From the NCBI GenBank assembly GCA_963828255.1, contig CAWHDZ010000011.1, forward strand, positions 96,001 to 160,000: a stretch of 64,000 nt of DNA, read 5' to 3'. The DNA is from an uncultured delta proteobacterium (GTDB lineage Bacteria; Myxococcota; Myxococcia; Myxococcales; Anaeromyxobacteraceae). Below the pieces are notes generated by a model. The model did not search any database and was not told the DNA's origin. It saw only the letters and a list, made by a program, of their open reading frames with translations. A program made the position numbers and the translations under genes. This document shows positions 63,947 through 64,000 of this stretch, piece after piece; the first letter of the stretch is position 1; every line of letters starts with the position of its first letter.

Positions 63947-64000
63947 CGTGCCTCCTCGTCCACCGCGCGCCGCAAGGCTGCCAGCTGGGAACGGAACCGG
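63943..64000 (-). CDS. C-terminal end of a probable FliH/SctL-like protein (partial)
   Basis: SQLAALRRAVDEEAR-stop overlapping the ATPase GTG; call rests on position only. Confidence 0.4.
   Translation of the reverse strand, partial: RFRSQLAALRRAVDEEAR

Overview
Very GC-rich chromosomal window that looks like Myxococcota (Anaeromyxobacter-like), inferred from gene content, gene order and a Myxococcus-type SOS box. It is mostly core metabolism: hutH, an ectoine-type aspartokinase, a 2-oxoacid dehydrogenase/lipoate operon (lipA, E1a, E1b, E2, tatD, tcdA, lpdA, lipB-Nudix), an HD-GYP regulator, moaA, thiC, eno, glpX, hom, rlmN, ndk, sucCD, mdh, pyrR-pyrB-pyrC-carA, lepA, class II ribonucleotide reductase nrdJ with an NrdR box, the imuA-imuB-dnaE2 mutasome with a LexA box, thioredoxin, dciA, slt, rnd, plsC and the end of a type III secretion/flagellar export cluster. 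There are two accessory patches. (1) 33.5-36.4 kb: a decayed tRNA-Asp 3' half next to a compositionally foreign hydrolase and a toxin-antitoxin relic. (2) 48.3-55.3 kb: four copies of a GTAG-type REP palindrome. One perfect inverted pair encloses an antitoxin plus truncated RelE/ParE toxin, one direct pair encloses a small orphan gene, and the inner copies bracket the mutasome; no transposase is present in the window. lipA and pyrR each carry a one-G deletion in a G run, probably assembly errors. No CRISPR array, rRNA or intact tRNA was seen. All family calls come from motif recognition by eye, not from database searches.
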